A stretch of 64,000 nt of DNA from Candidatus Micrarchaeota archaeon (GCA_038046765.1 JBBSVN010000004.1:64001-128000), one strand, 5' to 3'. Positions 1 to 9,519 are shown, counted from the first letter of the stretch. Numbers and translations: made by a program. The notes: generated by a model not told the origin, from the sequence alone.

Positions 1-513
1 AGGTGGTGCACCTACTTGCAATAAGGTTGATCTAAGAATACTGCAACGCATAAAATCCTGATTCCATATACCGATTTCAATTAATGCAGTATTTTGAATA
101 AAATCCACATTGGAAGCAGAAAATCCAACCAGTGCAGTATTATCTAATGCGAATAGCGTTCGAGTATTTGAGTATATCGATTGAACACTCGAACTCCAAC
201 AAGTTAAAGGAGTCAAATTTGCACTTGTCCAAGCGCATGTTGAACTAGCATCAACACTATTAGAATCACTGATTGCATCATCTGATAATTTTGTATCACC
301 AATATTTTCTGAATTAGAATCAACTGATGTAATTGCATCTAATTTTGTTGAGGCATCAATTGGTCGGTACCCTTTTTCACTACAGCCGGCTAGTGATAAA
401 GAAGCTGCAAGAAACGCATTTCCGATTCGGTTCTTGGCGATTATAGATTTATCCCTAGTAGAATCGATTGAATTTACATCTCTTTTTCGTGCAAAATAAT
501 CTAAAAGTTTCAT
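1..513 (-). CDS. Putative lipoprotein with long N-region and Asp/Ser-rich linker; runs off the window edge
   Basis: ATG at 513 after AGGTGA SD; MKLLDYFARKR...NAFLAASLSLAGCSEK (lipobox LAGC); frame open to position 1. Confidence 0.6.
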   Translation of the reverse strand, partial: MKLLDYFARKRDVNSIDSTRDKSIIAKNRIGNAFLAASLSLAGCSEKGYRPIDASTKLDAITSVDSNSENIGDTKLSDDAISDSNSVDASSTCAWTSANLTPLTCWSSSVQSIYSNTRTLFALDNTALVGFSASNVDFIQNTALIEIGIWNQDFMRCSILRSTLLQVGAPP

Positions 514-543
514 AAGTTCACCTTGAAAACGAATCATTAAACA

Positions 544-1287
544 TTATTCTAAAACTTCTTCCATTCTGATTTTTTTATCAGCTGTTGTAGCTTTTTCGCC
601 TTCTAGAGCAAGAATAACCTTAGCTGGTTCGCGAGCTTCCTCTAACTGTTTTTCTAAAGCTCGCTTTTGTTTTGTGGCTTTAGAAATTTTATATAAAAAA
701 GGAGAAACAAATACCCACATCATTAAACTAACTAGGTATGGTACATTTTTACCAAATATTAGAAGATTTAGTGCAGCGTTAACAAACACAACTGCAAGTG
801 CCGTAACTGCTGCAGTAGTTGATTGACGAACTAAGGTTTGTAGTTTTTTTTCTAAATCTTTAACCTCCGTTGTCTTAAAGACAGATGCTTCGAGATTTCT
901 TTCAGCGCTAATTACTAAGGCAAGTTGTAACTGTATTTCTTGGCGTTTCGCACGAAGAGCGTCTAATTGTTCCTTTTGATTTCTAGTATCACGTAAAAGT
1001 ATGGCAATATCAGAAACTTGTCTTGTTAATCGATCAATATACTCTTTCAATAAAGCGTCGCTTGAAAAAGGTGCCAGTTCTTTTCTCATTTCTTGTAAAA
1101 CTAAAGCTTCTGAAACGCAAGGAAGATTTTTTGCAGAGTTTTCTGGAGATGGGGATGGGTTTTGTACTGCGAATTTATCCTTAGATCTTTGAAATGAATG
1201 GTAAGGTAAAATATTTGCAAGGTTGAGGCTAGGAGTATTCGTTCTTGTTGAAATCCGATCTTTTCTATAAAAAATGAGACTTTGCAT
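544..1287 (-). CDS. Hypothetical coiled-coil protein with two TM helices
   Basis: 247-aa ORF, heptad-rich segments flanking a hydrophobic hairpin. Confidence 0.55.
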   Translation of the reverse strand: MQSLIFYRKDRISTRTNTPSLNLANILPYHSFQRSKDKFAVQNPSPSPENSAKNLPCVSEALVLQEMRKELAPFSSDALLKEYIDRLTRQVSDIAILLRDTRNQKEQLDALRAKRQEIQLQLALVISAERNLEASVFKTTEVKDLEKKLQTLVRQSTTAAVTALAVVFVNAALNLLIFGKNVPYLVSLMMWVFVSPFLYKISKATKQKRALEKQLEEAREPAKVILALEGEKATTADKKIRMEEVLE

Positions 1288-1340
1288 TATTTTATTTTAT
1301 CTGCTAGGATTTTTAAATGTTGTATAAAATGAAAAAATAG

Positions 1341-1769
1341 TTATTTGAACGGATTTGTAACTTTCAACCCATGCAACTTAGAAAAATCTCGTTCATTTTC
1401 AGTGACAATTTCATTGACAAAATTACTTTCCATAGTCGCAGCTAATAAGGAGTCAAAAAAGTGTAAACCATAGTTAGAGGCAAGATGCAATGCTTCTACT
1501 ACCTCCTGTTCATTATAAGCTATTATCTGATAAAGGCTTTTAAGCTGTAAAACATATATTCGTACCTGATTATAGGATATCGAAGGTCTTGCCTTTTCGC
1601 AAAGAACTCTGGAAAATTCTGCAAGATTTTGAGCACTTATTAGTCCTTCACCATTTTCGTCTAGTTCTTTTAGAACCTTTTTTGCAATTTCGTGCTTGAT
1701 AGGGTCACTATTATCATAGGCATAGATAAGAATGTTCGTATCAATCAGTTTTTTAGTCATAAATTTCAT
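1341..1769 (-). CDS. vapC: PIN-domain toxin (VapC-like)
   Basis: LIDTNILIY, SAQNLAEF, FFDSLLAAT, IVTENERDF motifs. Confidence 0.85.
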   Translation of the reverse strand: MKFMTKKLIDTNILIYAYDNSDPIKHEIAKKVLKELDENGEGLISAQNLAEFSRVLCEKARPSISYNQVRIYVLQLKSLYQIIAYNEQEVVEALHLASNYGLHFFDSLLAATMESNFVNEIVTENERDFSKLHGLKVTNPFK

Positions 1770-1995
1770 CTCGTGATGTATAAGCTTTGCCCTTAAAACC
1801 TAAATTTATGCCCTTATCAATAGTTTGAAAAAATTGTTTTCGAATCTGTTCTTTTTTTTCTTTTTCCCTTAGTTCGTCCAAAGCTTGTTGTATAACTGTA
1901 CTTATTGAGCCTTTTTTAGATCCATATTTTTCCTGAACCTGTTGACGAAGAAATATTTCATGTTCCTCATCTAGAGTGATATAAACATTACCCAT
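1753..1995 (-). CDS. Ribbon-helix-helix-like antitoxin
   Basis: Small ORF overlapping vapC start; GGTGA SD before ATG 1995; ends SRDEIYD. Confidence 0.7.
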   Translation of the reverse strand: MGNVYITLDEEHEIFLRQQVQEKYGSKKGSISTVIQQALDELREKEKKEQIRKQFFQTIDKGINLGFKGKAYTSRDEIYD

Positions 1996-2054
1996 AAAAT
2001 CACCAAACATATTTAAATATACAATACATATTTAAATATCTTTCTACTATAACG

Positions 2055-3794
2055 TTATCTCCTTTGTCTTTCAAACATTGATATGACTTCCCTAGTCGTC
2101 GTTATATCTGCAACAGACTTATCATCCCTTAATCTTTGCATCCTGGGAAACCTTAATGCATATCCTTTTGTCCCTTTACTTTCTTTACTATCCATTCCAC
2201 ATGTATGATTTGATGAAACAGTTATTTCATCAAAAGCAACTTCAACAATATACTTTGGTTCAACCCAATAATCGGGAACTAGTGCATCTGCAAAGTCCAG
2301 ATTAGCTGGCGGTGTCTTTGTTTTTATCTTGTCCAGAGTTTTTCTAAACTCTTTCATCTCTTGTTCACTATAACCGGAACCAATCTTCGCAACAGTCTCA
2401 AGACGATTTGTGTCCTCATTATAAACCGCAACAAGAAGCCCGCCAAACTCAAACTCTGCCCGACTTCCTTTTCCTAGGAAATATCCGACAATAACCGCGT
2501 CAACTGTATCAACCGCTTTTCCATAAGATTTTTTCAGTTTTATCCAGGCAAATTTCCTTTTTCCTGCAGTATAAGGAGAATTGAGGTCTTTTGCCATAAT
2601 CCCTTCCAGACCCTTGTCGATTGACTCTTTAAACATTTTTTCTAGGTTTGAAGAATCATTAATCATACGCATTTCAGATAGTTTAAGAACACCAGATGGA
2701 AATGTTTCTTCAAGAATTCGTCGTCGTTTTTTGTAGCTTTCAAAAGTAAGGTCTTGCCCATCCAGATAAACTATGTCAAAACAAAAAACGTATAGTGGCA
2801 ATTCCTTTTGTGCCTTATCAATCCCATATTTTCTTCTTCGGTGCATAGTTTCCTGAAAAGAATGGAACCGTTTTTCTGATTCATTATAAGCTAGTGCCTC
2901 ACCTTCAAAAATTATCTCGTTAATGTTAAGGTCTTTTATAGATGCTACTACCTCTGGAAGCATATTTGTTATATCTTTCAGGCTTCTTGAATAAATTCGA
3001 ACTTCGTTGTCTTTTTTGTGGCATTGCATCCGAAAGCCGTCAAGCTTAAACTCTACAGCACACTCCCCAATTTTTTCGATAATTTCCTCGGGATTAGATA
3101 AGCGCTCAGCTAGGGCGGGCATCAGAGGCTTGAATGGCGTTACTTTGAATTTATCGATTTTTTCCGGATAAGAAAAGAAAACTTCTGCAACATAACCTAG
3201 GTCAGCACAAACATTAAACGCACGTTCTAATGGTTCGCGAAGAGATTTATCCCCCACCGAACAAACCGAAAGCGCATCTAAAATAGTTGGATCACCAACC
3301 CCGAGCCTAAGCCTACCTAGAACAAAACGAATAATATATATTGAATCAGCTGGATTGCAATTATTCAGTAGTTCCACAAGGTGTTTGATTTTAAGTTCCT
3401 GACTCCCAAGGCCAGCAGTCCCGGCAATTTTATAAAAGGAATCATAAACGTACAAAATATCAAGATCTTTAGCACTAAGTGAAAGTTGTTTTTTTTCTTT
3501 TAAAAGTGAGGCTGAAGTAAGACCCAAATCACCAGATTTCTTGTAGTTTTTTTCTACTTCGGTCTTTGTGTAACCGCTAGCTGAAGCAATCGCAGCAATA
3601 GCAAATTTTTCGCCAAGACCAAGTTCAATTCCCAAATAAGGAGGGGCAAGAATTCCCTGAACAATATAAACTAATTTACGTATTTCATCTTTTTTTGCAT
3701 TTTTAAAAAGTTCTGCAAGAATATCCGTCATCTCCAACCTGCCACTTTTTGATTCGATTTTGGAAAAGGCATTTGCAACATCAGTAAAAAGCAT
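2055..3794 (-). CDS. lig: ATP-dependent DNA ligase (archaeal type)
   Basis: EFKLDGFR adenylation motif, EGIMAK, WIKLK, ALRFPR. Confidence 0.97.
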   Translation of the reverse strand: MLFTDVANAFSKIESKSGRLEMTDILAELFKNAKKDEIRKLVYIVQGILAPPYLGIELGLGEKFAIAAIASASGYTKTEVEKNYKKSGDLGLTSASLLKEKKQLSLSAKDLDILYVYDSFYKIAGTAGLGSQELKIKHLVELLNNCNPADSIYIIRFVLGRLRLGVGDPTILDALSVCSVGDKSLREPLERAFNVCADLGYVAEVFFSYPEKIDKFKVTPFKPLMPALAERLSNPEEIIEKIGECAVEFKLDGFRMQCHKKDNEVRIYSRSLKDITNMLPEVVASIKDLNINEIIFEGEALAYNESEKRFHSFQETMHRRRKYGIDKAQKELPLYVFCFDIVYLDGQDLTFESYKKRRRILEETFPSGVLKLSEMRMINDSSNLEKMFKESIDKGLEGIMAKDLNSPYTAGKRKFAWIKLKKSYGKAVDTVDAVIVGYFLGKGSRAEFEFGGLLVAVYNEDTNRLETVAKIGSGYSEQEMKEFRKTLDKIKTKTPPANLDFADALVPDYWVEPKYIVEVAFDEITVSSNHTCGMDSKESKGTKGYALRFPRMQRLRDDKSVADITTTREVISMFERQRR

Positions 3795-3898
3795 GAAGAT
3801 AATTAGAAGAGGGTGTTTTAATTATTAACTATATTTGCAAGGGAATGAAAAGAGATAAAAAAGTAAAATAAAAAATTATAAAAAATAAAAAAATATTA

Positions 3899-4333
3899 CT
3901 AAGAACAGAGACCCTGTGTTCCAGACTTTATTGCAGGTGCACCATTTATCGTACATCTTAGGTATAAACCAGTGGTTTTATTTCCTGCATCACAAGTTGT
4001 TGTATTATCAACTAAACAACATTTTGTATCAGTTTGTGCCTTAAGAATTGCAGCACTTGTAGCCGTACAAGTAGCATTATAATTTTGCTGCTGTGTCGAA
4101 TCAGTTATTGCTTTTAAAAATGGAGGATTATCAAAATCAATACCAAAAGACGTATTTAGAACATACGCAAAAGACAGTGCAATTACAAACAAGGATAACG
4201 CTAAAAACATAGGATTATGTTCCAGATGATTTCCCATTACCTTGGACATGCCATTAGAACTCTTTTGTTTGGAGGATTTAGAGTTCGTTTCACTATTCCC
4301 TTTTATTTTTAAATTTTTCTTTCTAGTCGCCAT
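3899..4333 (-). CDS. Hypothetical single-TM protein with Cys-rich C-terminus
   Basis: Basic N-terminus, one TM helix, six Cys. Confidence 0.55.
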   Translation of the reverse strand: MATRKKNLKIKGNSETNSKSSKQKSSNGMSKVMGNHLEHNPMFLALSLFVIALSFAYVLNTSFGIDFDNPPFLKAITDSTQQQNYNATCTATSAAILKAQTDTKCCLVDNTTTCDAGNKTTGLYLRCTINGAPAIKSGTQGLCS

Positions 4334-4436
4334 ACTCTACAAATATTCGTTATAAGTATTTAAATATTTGCATAAGATTTTAAGTAAAAATCACATAAGC
4401 ACTAAACTAATAATCAGAAAACAAAGGAAAAGAAAT

Positions 4437-4553
4437 TGGGGGAGCCGTGATAGTCAGTCTTGAGTCTCCAGTTTATGTTTTGGAAACGAAAACATTTGAA
4501 CACAGATCACCGGCTCCCAAAGCCGACAGTCTACCAGGTTAGCCCACTCCCCC
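4437..4553 (-). tRNA. tRNA-Pro(TGG) with a 44-nt intron (4451-4494) at T-loop position about 59/60
   Basis: Acceptor GGGGGAG/CTCCCCC-A; anticodon arm TCGGC-TTTGGGA-GCCGG; T arm CTGTG-TTCAAA|T-CACGG restored on intron removal; BHB-like junction. Confidence 0.9.
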
Positions 4554-4663
4554 ACGTAAATAATAAATTAAATGGAAACAAAAGTAAATAAAAAACTAGG
4601 CTTTTTTGATTATGCTCAAAAAGCTAGAAAAATATACTGGAAAAATACATCATTTTCTGAAGT

Positions 4664-5833
4664 TTAGGCCAACTCGGGATTTACAACTTCAACCGAAGCA
4701 CGTTTACTCTTGCTTCTTCGAGCTTTCTTCGTTTTAATCTTTTTTACCTGCGCGATAACGGAAACAGGGTTCTTTTGAGAATTTCCCTTATTCAGATCAA
4801 TTTTCTTAGAAGTTTCTTTTGATGCAACCAATTCTTCAGAAGCAACAGAATCGGATTTGACCTTAGGCTTATTTTTTATAAGTATATAATAAGAAACAAA
4901 GGCGATTGCAATAAAGACTAATACAGCAGATAGGGCAATTGCGCCAGTAAAGTCAGTTTGTGTAACCTGGGTTGGCACTTGCGATCCCCCATCAACTTTA
5001 ACCCCAGGAGTGATTTTTGCACTTTTAGCCAAAGCAATCGCTTCGTTAGCTAAAGAAATAGATTTTTCGTAGTATTGGGATACTAAAGCAATCTTTGAAA
5101 GAGAAAGTTTCACATTGGCATCAGATACATCTGACCCATTCTTTTTTGCAATCTCAATTTCTTTCTGGGCATTATTAATTAAATCCTGTGCTGTTGCAGC
5201 TAATTTTGCATCAGATAAAATAACTGCCGGAACATAGGTGTCAGAAACAACAGGAGAAATTACAGATGAATTATCCGCAGTATTATTTATTGATTTATTA
5301 ACAGATACATTAGTTTGATTAGCAACCATTATGTTGGAAGTATTTAGATTAGTGGAATTATTGGATGTTGATGCATTATTAGAAGATAAAGACAATAGGT
5401 TAGAATCTGCAACTTGCTTACATGCAGCATAATCAAAATAAAATTTTAATGTTTCTGGCCTCTGATAACCAGCTAGTGAACCGTCGACTTCGTAATTTCC
5501 AGAGCGTGTGAGGTTAACTTGTACACCACCAGTATAATTGGAAAGCTGACCTGAAACTTCTCCAACAAAAGGACTTACAAGAACTACGCTAATATTTGCA
5601 TTTGCAATTTCATCCCCCACAGATGTTGCATAGATCGTAAGTAAACCTTGGGGGCAAGTAACGTTTTGTTTTAATGTCAATGGTCTAATAGATGTCCCTT
5701 GATTATCGCTGGACCAAGCAAAGCCAGCATAATTGTAACCAATAGAATACCCAAATGCTACAAGTAAAATTCCTGCAGATAGAGCAATTACTAAAAATAT
5801 TGGTATAAAATGTCGAAATTCCAAAATAATCAA
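4664..5833 (-). CDS. Surface/secreted protein with N-terminal signal and C-terminal TM anchor
   Basis: N-terminal hydrophobic stretch, Asn/Ser-rich linker with N-x-S/T sequons, TM plus Lys-rich tail. Confidence 0.6.
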   Translation of the reverse strand: MIILEFRHFIPIFLVIALSAGILLVAFGYSIGYNYAGFAWSSDNQGTSIRPLTLKQNVTCPQGLLTIYATSVGDEIANANISVVLVSPFVGEVSGQLSNYTGGVQVNLTRSGNYEVDGSLAGYQRPETLKFYFDYAACKQVADSNLLSLSSNNASTSNNSTNLNTSNIMVANQTNVSVNKSINNTADNSSVISPVVSDTYVPAVILSDAKLAATAQDLINNAQKEIEIAKKNGSDVSDANVKLSLSKIALVSQYYEKSISLANEAIALAKSAKITPGVKVDGGSQVPTQVTQTDFTGAIALSAVLVFIAIAFVSYYILIKNKPKVKSDSVASEELVASKETSKKIDLNKGNSQKNPVSVIAQVKKIKTKKARRSKSKRASVEVVNPELA

Positions 5834-5859
5834 CCTGTTTAATTTTTTTAAATTTTATT

Positions 5860-6600
5860 TTATTTTTTCTTATTAAATGATTTTTGATAGGACTTAACTT
5901 TTACAGATATTATTTTTTCTTTTTTAAAGAATTTAAAGGAAACGTAAGCCAAAACAAATATAACAACTATCAAAAGAATAGCTGCCACATTAAGTTCTTT
6001 TGATTCGAGTATAAACGGCTCTGAATTTTGCAGTACCTCTGCCATATCAAAAACACCAGTATTACCTTGGATTTTTGCACTGTAATTACCGGAAATAGCA
6101 AGACTAATCTGACCGGGCATTTTTACTGTATATAAAAAAATCATTTTGCTTTGCAGCAAAGATTTTGCAAGCTCAGAATTGATTTGTTTTTTTGTTAGAT
6201 CTAGTGCTTCAGGATTATTTGATACGCCAATACCCGTAGGCAATTGATTGACAATCGAAGTATAAAATGAAGAAAATTTATCTGTTGGAAGCCTGGTAAT
6301 TTTTGCTCGATAAACATTAAAAGGAAATTCGAAAGCACTTGAAAAAGTATAATAAGTATTATCTGGAATAAGCGAAGTTTGAAGCGTTAAAGTATTATTT
6401 GTAAAAGAACAATTACTGGTTTTTTGACATTCACTTTGCACTATTGAAGTAAAATTCTCATAGCCTTCCACAGAATTTGTTTTTGTAATTTGTGAAAGTT
6501 TTGAAGTACCATCAGCACTAAAATTTTGCAGATATGTTTGTGAAATGCATCCAGATAACAGAACGATCGTAAAAACAATAGCGAATAATAAATTTTTCAT
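5860..6600 (-). CDS. Putative lipoprotein with C-terminal TM
   Basis: MKNLLFAIVFTIVLLSGC lipobox; C-terminal TM and basic tail. Confidence 0.65.
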   Translation of the reverse strand: MKNLLFAIVFTIVLLSGCISQTYLQNFSADGTSKLSQITKTNSVEGYENFTSIVQSECQKTSNCSFTNNTLTLQTSLIPDNTYYTFSSAFEFPFNVYRAKITRLPTDKFSSFYTSIVNQLPTGIGVSNNPEALDLTKKQINSELAKSLLQSKMIFLYTVKMPGQISLAISGNYSAKIQGNTGVFDMAEVLQNSEPFILESKELNVAAILLIVVIFVLAYVSFKFFKKEKIISVKVKSYQKSFNKKK

Positions 6601-6708
6601 AAACAGTACGACACTGATTTTAATTTTAAACCTTTGCATTTGTTACATCTCATTATTTACTACATTTTTGCGTTTCTCTAATGTATTTTCTTATTATATA
6701 CCGCCCAA

Positions 6709-6742
6709 GACGCGACACAAAAACAAATCTTATGGTCGCGTC
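6709..6742. other. GC-rich inverted repeat immediately 3' of the RT gene
   Basis: GACGCGAC-N18-GTCGCGTC perfect 8-bp stem in AT-rich context. Confidence 0.5.
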
Positions 6743-6752
6743 AGTCGAATTA

Positions 6753-7825
6753 TTATATCGGAAACAAACCATTAAATTTTGCAATAACTCTTTTGCGAAA
6801 TTTATAAGTGTCGGCAAATTTGGCATAAGCTAGCCAACCTTCCAAACTTTGCAAAACTTCTGATCGATTAATTTCTCCTTTTTCATATTTCTGCTTAAAT
6901 TTTTCTAATCGTTTCCATATTCTTCCTGAATTACTTTTCTTTAACAAACGATATTTTGGAAATATCCTAAAACCTAAGAAAGTTACTCCTCTTTTTATCG
7001 ATATTAATCGGGATTTTTCAGGATGCAACTCGAGCATCAATTTTTCCTTCAAAAAAATATTGAGTTCATTCTTCCATTTTTGCAGAATATTTTTATCTCT
7101 GTGTAGAATTACAAAATCATCAACATAGCGAATGTAGCATCTTGCTTTCAATTTATGTTTTACAAACTGATCAAGTTCGTTGAGATAAACATTTGCAAAG
7201 AATTGAGAGGTTAAATTTCCAATAGACATACCTTTTCCTTGAACTGGATTCTTGTAATTTTCCAATATTTTTCTTATTAGCAAAAATACAGCCCGATCTT
7301 TTATCTTTCGTTCAATTATGCCCAGTAAAACTTCATGATCTACAGTGTCAAAATAATGCCGAATATCAGCTTTAAGGACATAACCAATTACTGCATTTTC
7401 AGAGCTCTCTCTCTCTCTTCAAATTTTTGGTGGTTAAGTGTGGTCTTTCTCAAGAATTGTTCAAACCGATTAATGGCGTTGTGAGTTCCTTTTCCTTTTC
7501 TGTTTGCAAATGAATCAAAAATAAAATCTTTTTCAAAAATAGGGGAAAGTATATTACATATTGCATGGTGAACAACCCTATCCCTAAAGTAAGAAGCACT
7601 TATCTTTCTTGTCTTTGGATCTCTTACAATAAAGGTACTTAGTGGGGAGGGCGAATAGGTAAACTTTTCTAATTCGTTACTGAGCTTGATTAAATTCTGC
7701 TTTAAATCAGATTCAAATTCTATTACGTAATCCTTCAGGGTTTTCCTTTCCCTTGCCTTTTTGAAGGCAAGTTGGAGGTTTTCAATGGAACATATTTGAG
7801 AATACAAATTCTTGTAAACTTTCAT
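6753..7825 (-). CDS. DGR reverse transcriptase, frameshifted at an (AG)7 tract (356 aa if one AG is removed)
   Basis: MKVYKNLY start; FRDRVVHHA; after the shift YVLKADIRHYFD, GMSIGNLTSQFFANVYL, YIRYVDDF, FLGFR; the two track ORFs join by a -1/+2 shift. Confidence 0.9.
7405..7418 (-). repeat. (AG)7 simple sequence repeat at the RT frameshift
   Basis: ctctctctctctct on the + strand. Confidence 0.9.
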
Positions 7826-7856
7826 AGATGTCAAGTCCCATGGGCTGTAAGCCAGA

Positions 7857-7947
7857 GTCATTTCGTAACCGTTGTCGTGCCTTCTGTTGGCATTGACATT
7901 CTGCCTGTTGATGTCGTTCCTGTTGAAGTTACGGATCAAAGGGCGCA
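7857..7947 (-). ncRNA. DGR template repeat (TR)
   Basis: 91-bp ungapped match to 8416-8506; AAC/AAT-rich codons (RNFNRNDINRQNVNAN). Confidence 0.95.
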
Positions 7948-8204
7948 GAGGTAACCCATCCACTCTAGCAAGCTGCAATTAGATTGCAGATTGCAACGGT
8001 GCCTAGCACCAACACCACAGTTTCACGTTTTCATCAAGCTAGACTACTTGGTGTCACTGTTGAATTTCATTGAGAAATATTTAGATTTCAAAATAGTGAA
8101 AATTTCTAAAGATTTTCATTCATGTCTAACTACCAAAAGGTAGCTAGCACTGTGGATGAGTGTGTGGCCCTAAGCTTACAACCTAGGGAAAAAGATAAAG
8201 AAGG
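7948..8204 (-). ncRNA. Putative structured 5' leader of the TR RNA
   Basis: Hairpins at 7973-7989, 7998-8010, about 8098-8119 and 8126-8147; long-range CATCCAC/GTGGATG complementarity; no ORF of Avd size. Confidence 0.5.
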
Positions 8205-9056
8205 TTACTCTTTTATTTCTAACGCTTTGATTAGTCTGCTCAATGCTTCAAGTTTTTCTGGCCTTACGGTTTGAGCAATATCACTTAAGCTTGCATTAGC
8301 ATCTTCAACTATGGCTCTAAAGGCTTCAAGAGTTACTCCTTTTACTAAAATGCCCTGATTTTCAGGCGCCCGAGCAACCTCAATTTTCGGCGCTGCCTCT
8401 TCGAGGCCAACATACGCCACCCCGTAACCGTTGTCGTGCCCCCTGTCGGCACTGACACCCTGCCCGTAGATGCCGTACCTGTCGAAGCCACGGATCAAAG
8501 GGCGCACTCCTACACCAGAGATTCTGAATAACCATCGTTTTTCTGAATCAGAAAGATTATCAAAAAGTTCTTTTGAGATTTCTAATGGAACTCTAGTTTT
8601 TTCATCTACTTTTCCAGCAGTACCTGATTCTTGAATAAACCCTTCAAGAACTACAACTGATTTTGGCAGAATAACTACTCTTTTATCATTTACTTCAACC
8701 TGCTCTGGATCGATAAATAGACCTACTTTTGCTCTTCCTATTGCCTGCTCTGGAATAGATGAAGCAGGCAATATCCACTCTCTTCCTGCATTATCTTTAT
8801 TTACGTCAACTACATCAATTCCTTTTCTAAATTGACCGCTTTGTTCTGGGTATACTAAAACTTCTCTTGCCCAAGCAGCATAATACCCACTTGGCAATTC
8901 TTTCCATTTTTCTGAACCAACTAAATAATCATCATGAAGAACGTGTGATGGCAATCCACCTTTTTCTTTGACTGCTTTTCTGGCTTCAAGCCAACTTAAA
9001 TCTTGACCAGTTGGAACAATTACTTGTCTTTTTTGAACTTGAACTGTTGCACTCAT
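8205..9056 (-). CDS. DGR target protein (283 aa, probably C-type-lectin-like fold) with internal VR
   Basis: GAGGTG SD before ATG 9056; VR encodes RPLIRGFDRYGIYGQGVSADRGHDNGYGVA. Confidence 0.9.
   Translation of the reverse strand: MSATVQVQKRQVIVPTGQDLSWLEARKAVKEKGGLPSHVLHDDYLVGSEKWKELPSGYYAAWAREVLVYPEQSGQFRKGIDVVDVNKDNAGREWILPASSIPEQAIGRAKVGLFIDPEQVEVNDKRVVILPKSVVVLEGFIQESGTAGKVDEKTRVPLEISKELFDNLSDSEKRWLFRISGVGVRPLIRGFDRYGIYGQGVSADRGHDNGYGVAYVGLEEAAPKIEVARAPENQGILVKGVTLEAFRAIVEDANASLSDIAQTVRPEKLEALSRLIKALEIKE
8416..8506 (-). repeat. DGR variable repeat (VR)
   Basis: 17 mismatches to TR, all at coding-strand TR adenines. Confidence 0.95.
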
Positions 9057-9225
9057 AAATTTAACACCTCTAAAGTTGATATTCTTAGTAAATATATTGT
9101 GCACCGAAGTATTTATAAACCATTCTTTTACATTAAAGTTAACTAAATTGAAAAGATACTTTGGAAAAATCAATAGCGAATTAACAATCACAAACATTTA
9201 AAAGCGTGAGAACATAAATATCGCC

Positions 9226-9519
9226 ATGACAGAAATCAAAAGAAGCTTAAAATGTTCAAGTTGCAACAGTGAGTCAAGTATATACATAAGCACAGAAATG
9301 AATGTTTCTGAACTTTTAATACACGGTAAATGCCCTCGATGTGGCAACTCGCTTCAGATCAATTATAATTTAATTGAGCCTGCAACAACAAACACACCAA
9401 CAACTACAAAAAGCACTAATGAAACTGGTTCAGCAAACCAAATGCAAAACCTTGATGAAACTCTTTTTGACCCGGAGTTTCCAACGCAGAGTATAAAAGA
9501 CTTAATAGAGGGAGAATAA
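9226..9519 (+). CDS. Zn-ribbon protein
   Basis: CSSC and CPRC pairs; acidic tail. Confidence 0.65.
   Translation: MTEIKRSLKCSSCNSESSIYISTEMNVSELLIHGKCPRCGNSLQINYNLIEPATTNTPTTTKSTNETGSANQMQNLDETLFDPEFPTQSIKDLIEGE

Larger units (their letters stand above)
6709..9056 (-). mobile_element. Diversity-generating retroelement (target - structured spacer - TR - RT)
   Basis: RT with DGR-type motifs plus a TR/VR pair with adenine-only mismatches. Confidence 0.95.

Noticed and set aside
6753..7825. Group II intron or retron RT
   Set aside because: It has the IGNLTSQ/YVDD signature, short length and an adjacent TR/VR pair, and no intron domain V or retron VTG motif was seen
7826..7978. N-terminal extension of track ORF 7388..7978 (MQLARVDG...NFNRNDINRQN)
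   Set aside because: It is the TR read in frame; the RT most likely starts at ATG 7825 (MKVYKNLY)
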